From NCBI RefSeq assembly GCF_001194135.2, contig NC_068988.1, positions 82,636,940 to 82,700,638 on the forward strand: 63,699 bases of DNA, written 5' to 3'. Below the pieces are notes generated by a model. That model searched no databases. It was not told where the DNA came from and saw only the letters and a program-made list of their open reading frames with translations. Of the stretch, positions 1-12,552 are shown piece by piece (the first letter of the stretch is position 1; the number at the start of each line of letters is the position of its first letter). Both the position numbers and the translations under genes were made by a program. This DNA is from Octopus bimaculoides (lineage: Eukaryota).

Positions 1-49
<49 letters not shown>

Positions 50-117
50 CAAGTACACATATATGTATATGTGTATATATATATATATATATACATACAT
101 ACAAGTACACATATATA

Positions 118-174
<57 letters not shown>

Positions 175-175
175 A
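1..175. repeat. (AT)n/(GT)n compound microsatellite
   Basis: Direct reading of dinucleotide runs. Confidence 0.95.
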
Positions 176-370
176 TCAGTATGCGTGTATATGTATTTAT
201 GTATGCATGTACGTTCTCACACATTAATATGTATGTGTTGTCCAACCCACTATCCGGCAGCGTCCAATTCTCTAACGGTTTTTTTTCAAATGAATCAAGT
301 CATAACCTTATCCATCTATTTGTTTTCCTAATCGGTCATAATGTCTTACATTTAAGATGATTCCCATGCT

Positions 371-454
371 TTCCCTGATGAGAAGGTTACAATTTTAATA
401 TCAAAGATCCCTATGGATCACACAGGTTGTAATCCTTTGAAACATATGTAGGAA
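371..454 (+). ncRNA. Minimal type-I hammerhead ribozyme motif, probably in a PLE terminal repeat
   Basis: Stem I TTCC(371-374)/GGAA(451-454); CTGATGA 375-381; stem II G-AAGGTTACAA(382-392)/TTGTAATCCTT-T(427-438) with one bulge; GAAA 439-442; stem III C-ATAT-G (palindrome ACATATGT); GTA cleavage triplet 448-450. Confidence 0.8.
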
Positions 455-1019
455 TAAAGTATGCAATTATAACATGCGTTTTCTCCATTCCTTAAATTCT
501 TAAATATACTCAAATACCCAAAATTTCAAGGAGTTCCTGCCTTAAAAACAGGAACTAAACCACAGTTATTTTGTGTTCTTTGCTACATTGGTTTCTATTA
601 ACCCATTTATTCTATCAGAATTTTTATTCATTAAGATAGAAGAAATACACATAATTATATATANNNNNNNNNNNNNNNNNNNNNNNNNNNNNNNNNNNNN
701 NNNNNNNNNNNNNNNNNNNNNNNNNNNNNNNNNNNNNNNNNNNNNNNNNNNNNNNNNNNNNNNNNNNNNNNNNNNNNNNNNNNNNNNNNNNNNNNNNNNN
801 NNNNNNNNNNNNNNNNNNNNNNNNNNNNNNNNNNNNNNNNNNNNNNNNNNNNNNNNNNNNNNNNNNNNNNNNNNNNNNNNNNNNNNNNNNNNNNNNNNNN
901 NNNNNNNNNNNNNNNNNNNNNNNNNNNNNNNNNNNNNNNNNNNNNNNNNNNNNNNNNNNNNNNNNNNNNNNNNNNNNNNNNNNNNNNNNNNNNNNNNNNN
1001 NNNNNNNNNNNNNNNNNNN

Positions 1020-1063
<44 letters not shown>

Positions 1064-1583
1064 TATATGGGTACAGGACATCACCAACTGTAAATAACAT
1101 GAAATACGAAAACAAATGTGTTAAATACACAAACAAGAGAAAAAATGGAAAACAAGACAAGTAATACAAAGAACGACCCTTCATCAGTTGTCAGCTGTCT
1201 GTCTACTCCTCATTTCGAGCATTCAACAACAATATGGATCTTCGAAAACAGTTGTTCCCATAAATACCAGAATAAAATTTACGATTTATGGAGGATCAAA
1301 GTTGGGAACCAAAATAGGTCTGTGGAGACACACAAAGAAACCTAACGAAAACAAACATGGAGAGTCGTTAGACCAGACTGAGGGGAAAATAGTGAATGCT
1401 GGGAGAAATATTTTCTTTGAAAAGAGAAAAAATAGAAGAATGTGACTCTACTCTATATTGTTTTCTCCCCCATCTTTCTCTAATTTCCTTGATGGGTTTT
1501 TAATAAAATCAACAAAAATAACTTCCAGTACAAGGATTTTCATCCAAAATTTCTACTTCTTAAAAGCCCATAAAATTCCATGA

Positions 1584-1724
1584 CCCTTTAGCATTCAGGT
1601 TACTGTCAATTACTTATTCATTCTCATTGTTTTGAATTAATCATACATTATCTCATAGCTTCGAGATTTTAATGATGTAATCAGAATATTTGGGCAAGAT
1701 ATGGCTAGTTTAAATGCTAAAGAG
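1584..1724 (+). mobile_element. piggyBac-like MITE, degenerate and internally deleted
   Basis: CCCTTTAGCATT...AATGCTAAAGAG ends; same family as 7245-7440 and 35390-35841. Confidence 0.55.
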
Positions 1725-2071
1725 TCGAGGTTGCAAGTTCCTCAAAGATCTACAATGCACAGTCACAGACGAGGAGAAGGAATTAAGGAAAGAAATGTGT
1801 GATACAGAGAAAGTATTATTGTGTCACTTAGTGTAAGCCCTCCACTGCTTTTTTCTTTTTTTTGACATGGTAAGGTTGAGTTCTATGATTTATAGATGAA
1901 TAAACAATTGTGGAAGTTCAACATTGCACTCAACACACAAATACAAAACAATATACATGTCAACACATACATCTATCAAGCGATTACCCACAATACCCAT
2001 AAACACATATTCAGGGAGAAACAAACCTCTACATATATATGCATATATATATATACACACATACACACATT

Positions 2072-2535
2072 CTTGTGCGGGTGGCACATGAGATGCACCA
2101 TTTTGAGCGTGGCCGTTGCCAGTACCGCCTGACTGGCTCCTGTAGGATTTTCGAGCGAGATCGTTGCCAGTGCCCCTGGACTGGCTTGTGCGGGTGGCAC
2201 ATAAAAGACACCATTTCGAGCGTGGCCGTTTTCGTGCGGGTGACACGTAAAAGCACCCACTACACTCTCTGAGTGGTTGGCGTTAGGAAGGGCATCCAGC
2301 TGTAGAAACTCTGCCAAATCAGACTGGAGCCTGGTGTTGCCATCCGGTTTCACCAGTCCTCAGTCAAATCGTCCAACCCATGCTAGCATGNNNNNNNNNN
2401 NNNNNNNNNNNNNNNNNNNNNNNNNNNNNNNNNNNNNNNNNNNNNNNNNNNNNNNNNNNNNNNNNNNNNNNNNNNNNNNNNNNNNNNNNNNNNNNAAAGC
2501 GGACGTTAAACGATGATGATGATGATGATGATGAT
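2072..2535 (+). mobile_element. RTE 3'-tail repeat (5'-truncated LINE or RTE-tailed SINE) spanning a gap
   Basis: Matches 3' UTR of the RTE at 49787-51564 (CACCCACTACACTCTC...GGCATCCAGCTGTAGAAAC...CCAACCCATG) and ends in (GAT)n. Confidence 0.75.
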
Positions 2536-4791
2536 ACACACACAGAGGAAGAGAGATAATATCTAACCTTTTTTATGAATCATGAGGCATCAATTAAGAT
2601 TAAGAAAATTTTATCTATTGTGGGGCTATTTTGTTTGGCCTTATATACTTATCACTTCCATTCTCTTCAAAACTAACTAATGAAGAGGTGGTCTGTTTTT
2701 TTTTTTTTTTGTTTTTATTTCCTTCTGTTTCTTAGAGACTGAGCAAAGCTGGGTGATAGAGAGAAAGATAGAGAATGTGTAAAAAAAAGCGAGAGAAAAA
2801 GACAGTGCGTAAGAATAGAAAAGACGCAGAGAAGAGGTCTTAAAACAAGTGTGAGTACTCTTTCACAAAAGTTACAATTCAAATAACAACGTTTAGTTTG
2901 TATTTGTAATTAGCATTTATATCTGTATAATTAGCATTTATAACAAGTGTACTAACACTGTTTCAAATTTTCATAAACAGAAACAGTACTAATACACTAA
3001 CAGTATTATACTACTCATTATTGAATACACATTACATATATTTTGTCATATATACAATAGAACTTTATATTCATTAGCATTATATACTTTTGTTGGAGCT
3101 TCTAACCATTCGCAAGCCAAAGTTTGTTTTCCTTTATTAGAAATAAAAAAAAGTTATTGTAGCCTTATCTAATGACAATTTAAAAAGATTTTATTACAAA
3201 ACATATTAAACAGGATCCCATATACTAAAGTGGATAAAATATTATCAAATATTTCAAATCTGTTACTCAGAAATAACTCCATTTACAGAAATTTGTCTAA
3301 CTTTTTAAAATTCTTGTGAGTGGAGCAACATCTACATATCTTGGAAAAATTATATTCAACCAATGTAATTTGGAGACATATGAGGTATGAAGGAATTCCA
3401 TTCTACAAATTCCTTTAAACTTCAAAAAGTCAAATGAGTCAAAGCTTTGTGCTTAAGTCATTAAATTCAGCAGCAAAATTAAAAGTTAGTAAAAATACAG
3501 TTAACTCTTAAAAGCCTGAACTACAAGTAACTGCAGCTGTTACCAAGTCCTGAACTGCATATAATTGCATCTCTTCTGTGCAAGAAACAATATTTAGCCT
3601 CATTTTAGAAGGAATTTCCTGCCATGTTAGCTTATATTTTGTATTTTATTGAGTAAATATTTTCAGATTTTTTCCTCCTTTGATTTTCGAGTATCAGGGT
3701 GGGTAATACCTCAAGAAGAGTTAGGATTCAGTGATATTACATATTAAAGATTTAATAAGAGAAGGGAAGTTTGGGCTTGGAGAAAATAAGCTGAGTGATA
3801 TTTTAGTGTCATCTGTCATATGAGCAATCAAGGTGATATTGAGATTCATTGATTCTGAACAGGAGTTGAGTTATCACACGGTTGATCACTGCATCAATAC
3901 TTTCATTAGAAATGTGAGCTGAATACAATCATTGAATTTAGAAAAGTAAAACCTATTTCTTGCAATTTTTTTTTTTTTTTTTCTGAAAAAATTTCTTATA
4001 GGATGAGCGATGAAACCAGGGAAATAGTATCCTCAATAAATCAATGAAGGCGTTATTTAGGAACGCCTTTTCTAGTGGGAGCTTTGTAGCTTCCAAGTTA
4101 CAAAGAATATTGGAACACAGTAGTCTTTGCCCAGCAATACACGTCTTGCAAATATTTGTAAAAACAGCTTATATTTAATCAACTTAACTGTATTCAATCT
4201 ACCTAGGGAGGTGAAAGTGACATGCCAACAAGTAAAAACCTTTTCACAATTTCAATCAACAACTATCACATTATATCGACAAGTTTCGTCTAAATTATAT
4301 TCATGATTTTTTATATTTGGTAAACAGCATTTCAAAAGAATCTCTAGTTTCGAACAGCATAAGGTGATTTATACAGAGAAAGCAGTACAGGGATTTAAGA
4401 ATCCAGCCAGGAAACAAAAGACTCGTTAAAATTAAGATTTCTTATTGTAATAATGAAACAAAACAAAGAAAATTTGACCATGACAAGTGCCCAAGAGCCA
4501 ATAACTTCTATAAGTTATCAAGTGTGTGTGTTCCATGTTTGGTTTCATTATTAGGATCATTTTTAAAACGGGGGCCACATTTTTCATTAACGAAACACTT
4601 TGAAACTTGGAACACTGGTAGAATGTGTCATATAAAACATCTTTTTCTCTTAGTCTTCTTAAAAAAAAAAGAAATCCATAAGTTATTCCATGTGAAAGTT
4701 GTCGTATTTCTGTAATTTCAACCAATCACTGACGTCCATTCAGCCGATATACATTAAGTGCCGACTACATAAACAAACGATTCTGAAACAA

Positions 4792-4825
4792 TTAACCCTA
4801 ACCTTAGGGTTAGGGTTAGGGTTAA
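4792..4825. repeat. Short interstitial TTAGGG repeat with inverted arm
   Basis: TTAACCCTAACC (4792-4803) is the reverse complement of GGTTAGGGTTAA (4814-4825). Confidence 0.8.
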
Positions 4826-5275
4826 AGCAAATTTAAAATGAAAAAAGCAAATAAAACAAAGGTATGGAAATTAAATACGCTTTACATTGCTTNNNNNNNN
4901 NNNNNNNNNNNNNNNNNNNNNNNNNNNNNNNNNNNNNNNNNNNNNNNNNNNNNNNNNNNNNNNNNNNNNNNNNNNNNNNNNNNNNNNNNNNNNNNNNNNN
5001 NNNNNNNNNNNNNNNNNNNNNNNNNNNNNNNNNNNNNNNNNNNNNNNNNNNNNNNNNNNNNNNNNNNNNNNNNNNNNNNNNNNNNNNNNNNNNNNNNNNN
5101 NNNNNNNNNNNNNNNNNNNNNNNNNNNNNNNNNNNNNNNNNNNNNNNNNNNNNNNNNNNNNNNNNNNNNNNNNNNNNNNNNNNNNNNNNNNNNNNNNNNN
5201 NNNNNNNNNNNNNNNNNNNNNNNNNNNNNNNNNNNNNNNNNNTTATATGCACATATAAACATATATATATTCATC

Positions 5276-5307
<32 letters not shown>

Positions 5308-5313
5308 CACATA

Positions 5314-5640
5314 TCATCATCATCGTTTAACGTCCATTTTCCATGCTAGCATGGGTTGGACGGTTCGACCAGGGTCATGGAAGCCAGGAGGCTGCACCAG
5401 GCTCCTGTCTGATCTGGCAGTGTTTTTACCGCTGGATGTCCTTCTTAACGCTAACCATTCCATGAGTGTAGTGGGTGCTTTTTACATGCTACCAGTACAG
5501 GGACCAGAGGGGGTTGGCAACGGCCATGATCGTTTTGTGCTTTTTAAGTTCCACCAGCACAGAAGCCAGTCAAGGCAGCGCTGGCATCAGCCACGTTTGG
5601 ATGATGCCTTTTACGTGCCACCACCATGGGTATCACAACT
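5314..5640 (-). mobile_element. RTE 3'-tail repeat
   Basis: (CAT)n CGTTTAACGTCC...CATGCTAGCATGGGTTGGA, reverse complement of the RTE tail. Confidence 0.75.
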
Positions 5641-5658
5641 ACAAATTCCATTATATTT

Positions 5659-5692
<34 letters not shown>

Positions 5693-6024
5693 ACATCTGT
5701 TGTTATTTCTTGTTGTTTGTATTCATAATTGTGTACCATGATCTCCATTTTGTTTTTGTTTATTTGTTATTTTGTCTTTGTTACCATACACATTCACTAG
5801 CTTTCTTACAAAGAGGTCTAATGCTCTTAGCGTAGACTTTTTGGGGGGCAACCATCTCAAGTGTAACTTCCAGAAATGGTCGTGACTTCTGAGACTTGAC
5901 TGATGAAACAAAGCTAAGATAGACCCATCTTTTTTTTGCTTGTCCTAATTGTTGTTACTTTTGTCCAACTTTGTATCGTCTATCTATCCAAACATTTAAA
6001 CACCCTCTATTGCGTTTCTGTTCC

Positions 6025-6072
<48 letters not shown>

Positions 6073-6380
6073 GTATTTACACACACACATATACACTTAT
6101 ACATACATATATAGATATATATACACACACATATATATACATACATATATAAACAAATATATATACATATATATATATATATATACATACATACATACAC
6201 ATATATACACATAAACACACACATACACATACATATATACACATATATATATACAAACACACATACATATACATACACACATATATATACATACACACAT
6301 ATATATACATACACACATATATACACATATATATACATACACATATATACGTACATACATACATAAATATATATATATAT

Positions 6381-6748
6381 ATATAATAAAGAATAAATGG
6401 AGCAAAACGCATATAATAAATAAATTCCTTTACTTCCAACACATGTTTCGAAAATTACATGCACTCTATTCCAAAGGAATAAAAGATGTTTTTATAAATG
6501 TAATTTTCTCTTCAGGGAACCATCCTTTGAATGCAAGACCTATACCGAGTAGCGCTCTTCCAAATACGTAATTTTCACATTCGGTATAGGTCTTGCATTC
6601 AAAGGATGGCTTCCTGAAGAGAAAATTACATTTATAAAAACATCTTTTATTCCTTTGGAATAGAGTGCATGCAATTTTCGAAACAAGTGTCGGAAGTAAA
6701 GGAACTTATTTATTATATGCGTTTTGCTCCATTTATTGTTTATTATAT
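6381..6748. mobile_element. Foldback element/MITE: about 168-bp inverted arms, 32-bp spacer
   Basis: Arm 6381-6548 is a near-perfect reverse complement of 6581-6748. Confidence 0.85.
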
Positions 6749-6916
6749 CAACTCAAAATACATCACTTTAACTTGGAATATCTACCTCTTAACTAGGTAT
6801 AATATCCCAGTTTCTTTGTGAATTTTGCTACCCTGGTAACTATTAACATATTTACCTTATCGAAGTTTTTCAACTAAGATAATATAAATACATACATAAA
6901 TATATATATATATATA

Positions 6917-7030
6917 TGCCAAATCTGACTGGAGCCTGGTGCAGCACTCTGGCTTACCAGTTCTGGTCAAACCTTCCAACCCATACCAGCATGGACAACA
7001 GATGTTAAACAATGAAGATGATGATATGCA
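6917..7030 (+). mobile_element. RTE 3'-tail repeat, short
   Basis: GCCAAATCTGACTGGAGCCTGGTG...CCAACCCATACCAGCATGG...GATGATGAT. Confidence 0.65.
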
Positions 7031-7244
7031 CACACACCATATAACAGGTAAAATATAATTCACATTAAGCACTAATATATGCCTGTAGTAAACAACATAT
7101 ATAGCATGTATAACCATATTTTATACCACCAGCTGATATGAAGTATAACTTCATTACTGTTTCCACAATACCTGGAATTCTGTGATGTATTTTCAGCAGG
7201 TGTTACAGTTTCTAATTGCATAATGGGTCAAATAATTATTTTAA

Positions 7245-7440
7245 CCCTTTAACATTCAGATTACTGTCAAACGCAATGCCTATTTATTCATATCATTTTG
7301 AATTAGTTTTACATTATCCTTTAGCTCTGAAATTTCAATGATGTGACTTTATGTTTAGGATAAGTGTAAGAGGCCAGATCTGAGGACATAAAACAAGTAG
7401 AATATTTGAGACTGATATGGTTGGTCTGCAAACTAAAGGG
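7245..7440 (+). mobile_element. piggyBac-like MITE
   Basis: TTAA flanks at 7241-7244 and 7441-7444; termini CCCTTTA...TAAAGGG. Confidence 0.75.
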
Positions 7441-7954
7441 TTAATTAACTTAATAGAAATCTTAAGTTAAAGAATGTATTTTATGGTTTTATTTTTTTTT
7501 TTTTTTTTTTTTTNNNNNNNNNNTTGTTTTTGCTTTCTTTTCATCCTTACTTTTGCTGCTTCCTCAGGTTTCTCTAAAACTCCTTTTGAAACAAGATATT
7601 TCAACTGTGTAAAGGAAAATGATTTTGAATAACATACATGTACCTTTGCTATTTGAAACCACAGGTGAAGTAAAACACTTTTCAAAAAAGAATCCTAGAT
7701 TAATCACCTGAAAATTTTGCCTATTTCCAGAGACATTTGACTATTTGTGAGTTTCTGTTAATACAAAGAACAAAGGAAAGTTACATCGTTAAGGAAAGGA
7801 AATTACTGAGTGATAAAGCAAACTGATGACAGAGAAAAAGAGATTGTAGGAGAATAAAGAAAAAGAGGGGACTAAACAATGTAATAGGAGGTATTGTATA
7901 GAAAAAGAAAGATTTAAGTTTCATTTATATATATACATATATATATCAAAGGGT

Positions 7955-8240
7955 AAAGACCCTCTTCAGTGATGAATGACCATGGGATTGCACAAGTCTG
8001 GACAAGGTTGTTTTTAGAAGACCAGCAGTTGCCCATGGATACCAGCTTCTCCTCTCCATGCCCTGATGTTATCCAAAAGAAAGGCAAAGGGTGATACTGG
8101 ATGGCACCAATGATGTCACAACTCATTTCTACAGCTGAGTGAACTGAAGTAATGTGAAATAAAGCGTCTCACTCAAGAACACAACTCAGCCCAGTCAGGG
8201 ATTGAATTCACTACCTCATGATAGGGAGCCCAACACTCTA
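7955..8240 (-). mobile_element. tRNA-derived SINE, family A
   Basis: Reverse complement of the 49403-49745 copy. Confidence 0.8.
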
Positions 8241-8490
8241 ACCAGAGTCATGCGCCTTCATACACACACAAACACATTATATATATATATATATATATAG
8301 AGCTCACTTCATAATTATGAGGTTTGGGGTTTAACCCACTGTGTGACATCTTGGGCAAATGTTTTCTGCTATAGCCTTGGGCCAACCAATGCCTTGTGAG
8401 TTAAATTGGTTGCGAGAAAGTGTAAGGAAGCCCATTGTGTACTTGTGTGTGTGTGTGTGTGTGTGTGTGTGCATATATACTTGGCATATA

Positions 8491-9363
8491 TGAGGTGTGA
8501 TCAATAAGTATCCGGACTGTTGTCATAATAACAAAGCTGAAGCACACAGTGAAGCCGCTTGGCATAGATTGACCCTGAACTCTGCTGTGCATGCACGTTA
8601 ACTTTTAATGTTCTAGCTCACTTATGCTGTTTACAGCAATGCTTCGAAGGAAGGTGTGTAGTGTGCAATCATTGCATTGACCTTGACAGAGAAAGTTGTC
8701 ATGGCGATTGCTCAAAGGCCGATACAAAGTTGCAGAAAGGGTATGTAGAGGAGTGTATGAGCCGCAAACAAGTGTACAAGTGGTTCAGACATTTCCAAGA
8801 TGGCTAAAAAAATGTTGATAGTGACAAATGTTCTGGGAGACCTGCAACCAGCAGAACTGAGAAAAACATAAATGTGTGTGCAGCTGTAAGATGAAATCGT
8901 TGAATCACCATCCATGAGTTATCAGAGGATGAAGAGATTAGTTATGGTTGAGTTCAGTACATTATCACTGAAGATTTGGGTACGAGATGCATGTCTGCCA
9001 AGTTTGTGTCAAAACTGCTTTCAGCTGACCAAAAAGACACTTGGGTTTCAGTTGCACAAGATCTCCTTGATTGTGTCAAGAACAATGAAAACTTTTTGAA
9101 AACTTTGTATAGGCCTCTCAGCAGGCATTGCTAAGCTTTTGGCGAAATTTGATGCAGATTCTCTGCTCAACTTTGTCTGTCATGGTCGATGTGGCAATCA
9201 TACACTACACACCTTCCTTCCAAGCACTGCTGTAAACAGCAGAAGTGAGCTAGAACAGTAAAACTTAGTGCGCATGCACAGCAGAGTTCAAGATCAATCT
9301 GTGTCAAGCAGCTTTAGCTTCGTTACTATGGCAACAGCCCAGATACTTATTGATCAGACCACA
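8491..9363 (+). mobile_element. Internally deleted mariner transposon
   Basis: TA flanks; TIR TGAGGTGTGATCAATAAGTATC / GATACTTATTGATCAGACCACA with about 110 bp of inverted similarity; transposase remnants VYKWFRHFQDG and SAKFVSKLLSADQK. Confidence 0.85.
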
Positions 9364-11116
9364 TATGCATACATGTCTACTCATGTCTACATTCTGTATA
9401 ACACTGCATAACATTGACCAGAACAAAGTGATGTCATAGACACCCCACCCCATGAACAATATTTCCTGTAGCTCTTGTGCTTCTGGCTAGTGATGTCCAA
9501 TGAAATAAAAAGAATCACTGACAACAACAATATTAAACTCATTGGTTACAGGTTCAATCACTGTGCATGGCACATTAAACAAAACTGTCTTCTACTATAA
9601 CTTCAGATGGAAATTTTTTGAAATTACTGAAATTTGATAGATGGAAACTGTACAGAAGTTCATCTAGGAAGGCAGTAACTCCCAATAAAAATTCAGACTA
9701 TGACGGCCTATCAACACAGAAAGGAAAACACACACACACACACACTCATTTTACCTTCTCTAAAATAAACCGGAATTACATAAGCCCAAAAGGAAGTTAA
9801 GTTTTGTCAGTCTTTAAGTCAAACATGACTCAGACAATTAGATTTCATTTTTCATGCATCAAAAGGGATTTAGTCAGTTTTCAAATTCTCAAGGAATTTG
9901 GGTATTAACACGTCAAAATCAGTTCCCTGTTTATGTTTAAGACTATAGCAAAATGGCAAATGATACATAATTTCTCTGTGAGACAAAAATAGCAGCATTT
10001 TGATCTATTTTTAAATGCCTGTACTTTAGCTAAAGACAGCCCATCAGATATTGATTGTATCATCTTTATTTCAATTTCCCAATGAGCTTTGAAAGTGCTA
10101 TGGTTTTTTCAGGATGGCAATGACAAAATGAGCTGCTGTGCTGGTCTAAGCAATTTTTTGGGGAAGTACACTGTGAACCCTACATAGCTCATACACAAAA
10201 TTTTTCTCTAGGAATTTACTCTCAAGGAGACGAAGATCTGTTTCAACAATGGTATGTTGGCTTCCTTTGCTCTACATTTGTGAAAACAGAGATCTTTGCT
10301 CCAATAAAGAGCAATTCCCTAAAGTATTTTATTGTGGATTGATGGTTTCACTAGCAAGTAATATAACACAAAAGCTTATTCTGCCATCACCAGCTGGAAA
10401 AACAACACTTTCAAAGTAGATTTGGAAATCAAGAGACAAATGGGAGACCATCAGCATCTAATGTTAGGTAAGGAACAGGGATTTAAGAACAGAACAAAAT
10501 GTTGTGACCTCTGCCTCAGATATCACACATTATCTTTCAGTCATAAATAAAAAGAATGAACTAATTTTCATCTGCTAGCAAATGTCCTAATTCTTCCTAT
10601 AGAACTTACATTACAAAGAACATCTAAAGCCATTCTATTACTTTCCAGTTCACTGACATGTACTGTTGCTTGGGGGAAACTGCAGTTCAAAGGTATGTAA
10701 TCTATGTAGTTCATATAAATTAACACACACACATATAGCAAGACTACACTCACTCCCACCATAAAGTTATATTGAGCACATTATGTTTTTGTGCCACAAA
10801 ATTTTATATCATCTGGATGGTTTAACAAGATCCAATAAGCTCCAATGTCTGCTTTGGGATGTTTTTTACAGTTGGATGCCCTTCCTAACACCAACCTCTT
10901 TACAGAGTGTACTGGGTGCCTTTTTTTCCCATCACACCAGCACTAGTGAGGTCACCATGTAACTTAGAAGGCAGAAAAAGACACCTTGACTAAATAGAGC
11001 AGAGAGCGGGGGTGGATGTATGCTAGGTGATATATTCTTCCCAAGCATTAAACTAACACACCTGCTTCTTGTTCTTTCACCTGTCCTCATCTTTTGTTTC
11101 CTGTAAATTTGAACTA

Positions 11117-12552
11117 CCAGATCATCCCATAAGTTCTGTCCGAATTTTGAATAAAGAAAACAAGTGATCAAATATTATATTTAATTGAAATTTTATCATC
11201 AATGTACTTTCCCTGATTATCTATGATTTCCTTCCATCTATTTACAAGCTTTTTAATTCCATCAATGTAAAACTCTTTTGGTTTCAAAGAGAAGAACTCT
11301 GAAATGTCAATTTGCAAAAGTTATGTCCCCAAAATGATTCCGTAAACTACGAAACAAATGGTAGTCTGAAGGAGCGAGATTGGGAGAATAAGGTGGATGA
11401 GGAATTTTTTCCCAACCAAGCTCTTCGATCTTCTGTGATATGATCTTTGCAGTGTGGAGTCGCGCATTGCCTAGATGAAACATCACTCCTTTTCGATTCA
11501 TTAAAGCGGGTCTATTTTTCTTCAAAGCTTGTTTCAAACGCTCTAATTGCTGACAGTAGACTTGAGCATTAATTGTTAACAATTCAAAGTGAATTGCTCC
11601 TTTGCAATCCCACCAGATAGCGAGAAGAACTTTTTTCCCATGAAGTTCCCTTTTCGGTTGTGGTTGAACTTTTTCCCTTTTACCAAGCCACTGTTTACGA
11701 TGTTTAACATTTTGATAGAAGATCTATTTTCCGTCACCAGTCACAAGTCTATCCAAAAAGGGTGAAATGAGTTTGCAAGAATGGAAAGAAGAGGTAATGT
11801 CAACTCAGGATTTGTGGTTGCTTTCGGACAATTCATGAGGCACCCATTTTCCAAGTTTAGGAACCTTTCCAAGATGTTGAAGATGACGATGAACAGTTGT
11901 AATGGTTAGAACTAAGCTTTATTGCCAATTCTTCAACTGATAATGCAGGATTTTCTTCAAGTAATGCTTCAAGGAGCTTATCAAACTCAACTGGACGTCT
12001 TGTTCGATCNNNNNNNNNNNNNNNNNNNNNNNNNNNNNNNNNNNNNNNNNNNNNNNNNNNNNNNNNNNNNNNNNNNNNNNNNNNNNNNNNNNNNNNNNNN
12101 NNNNNNNNNNNNNNNNNNNNNNNNNNNNNNNNNNNNNNNNNNNNNNNNNNNNNNNNNNNNNNNNNNNNNNNNNNNNNNNNNNNNNNNNNNNNNNNNNNNN
12201 NNNNNNNNNNNNNNNNNNNNNNNNNNNNNNNNNNNNNNNNNNNNNNNNNNNNNNNNNNNNNNNNNNNNNNNNNNNNNNNNNNNNNNTGTATGTTTCGAGC
12301 CGCTTTGGCTGCAGAGTTTCTTTTTATGTACTCATAATGCATTATGTGCCTCAAATGCTCTTTGGATACTTCCATGTTAGAAACGATTTAAATCAAAGAC
12401 ATTTTAATTCTACTATTCTGTAAAATAATATTTAATTAGTTTAAATGTACACAAATGCATAAAAATAATTTTTAATTCCATTAGACATTCTAAAATACTA
12501 TTAAATTTCATTCAATTTTAGAAAAGGTAAAATCAGACAGAACTTATGGGAT
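11117..12552 (-). mobile_element. mariner transposon, degenerate
   Basis: TIR core ATCCCATAAGTTCTGTC at both ends; N-terminus MEVSKEHLRHIM; catalytic region GNARLHTAK...HPPYSPNLAPSDYHLF (34-residue spacing, second Asp mutated to Gly). Confidence 0.9.

Noticed and set aside
1181-1187. CTGATGAAGGG on the minus strand in a PLE-like repeat
   Set aside because: No matching stem II and GAAAC downstream before the microsatellite and gap
71-6464. ORFs rich in YI/CV/HT dipeptides or X runs (also 24.5-25.3, 52-53.7, 59-60.3, 62.5-63.5 kb)
   Set aside because: Translations of microsatellites and N-gaps
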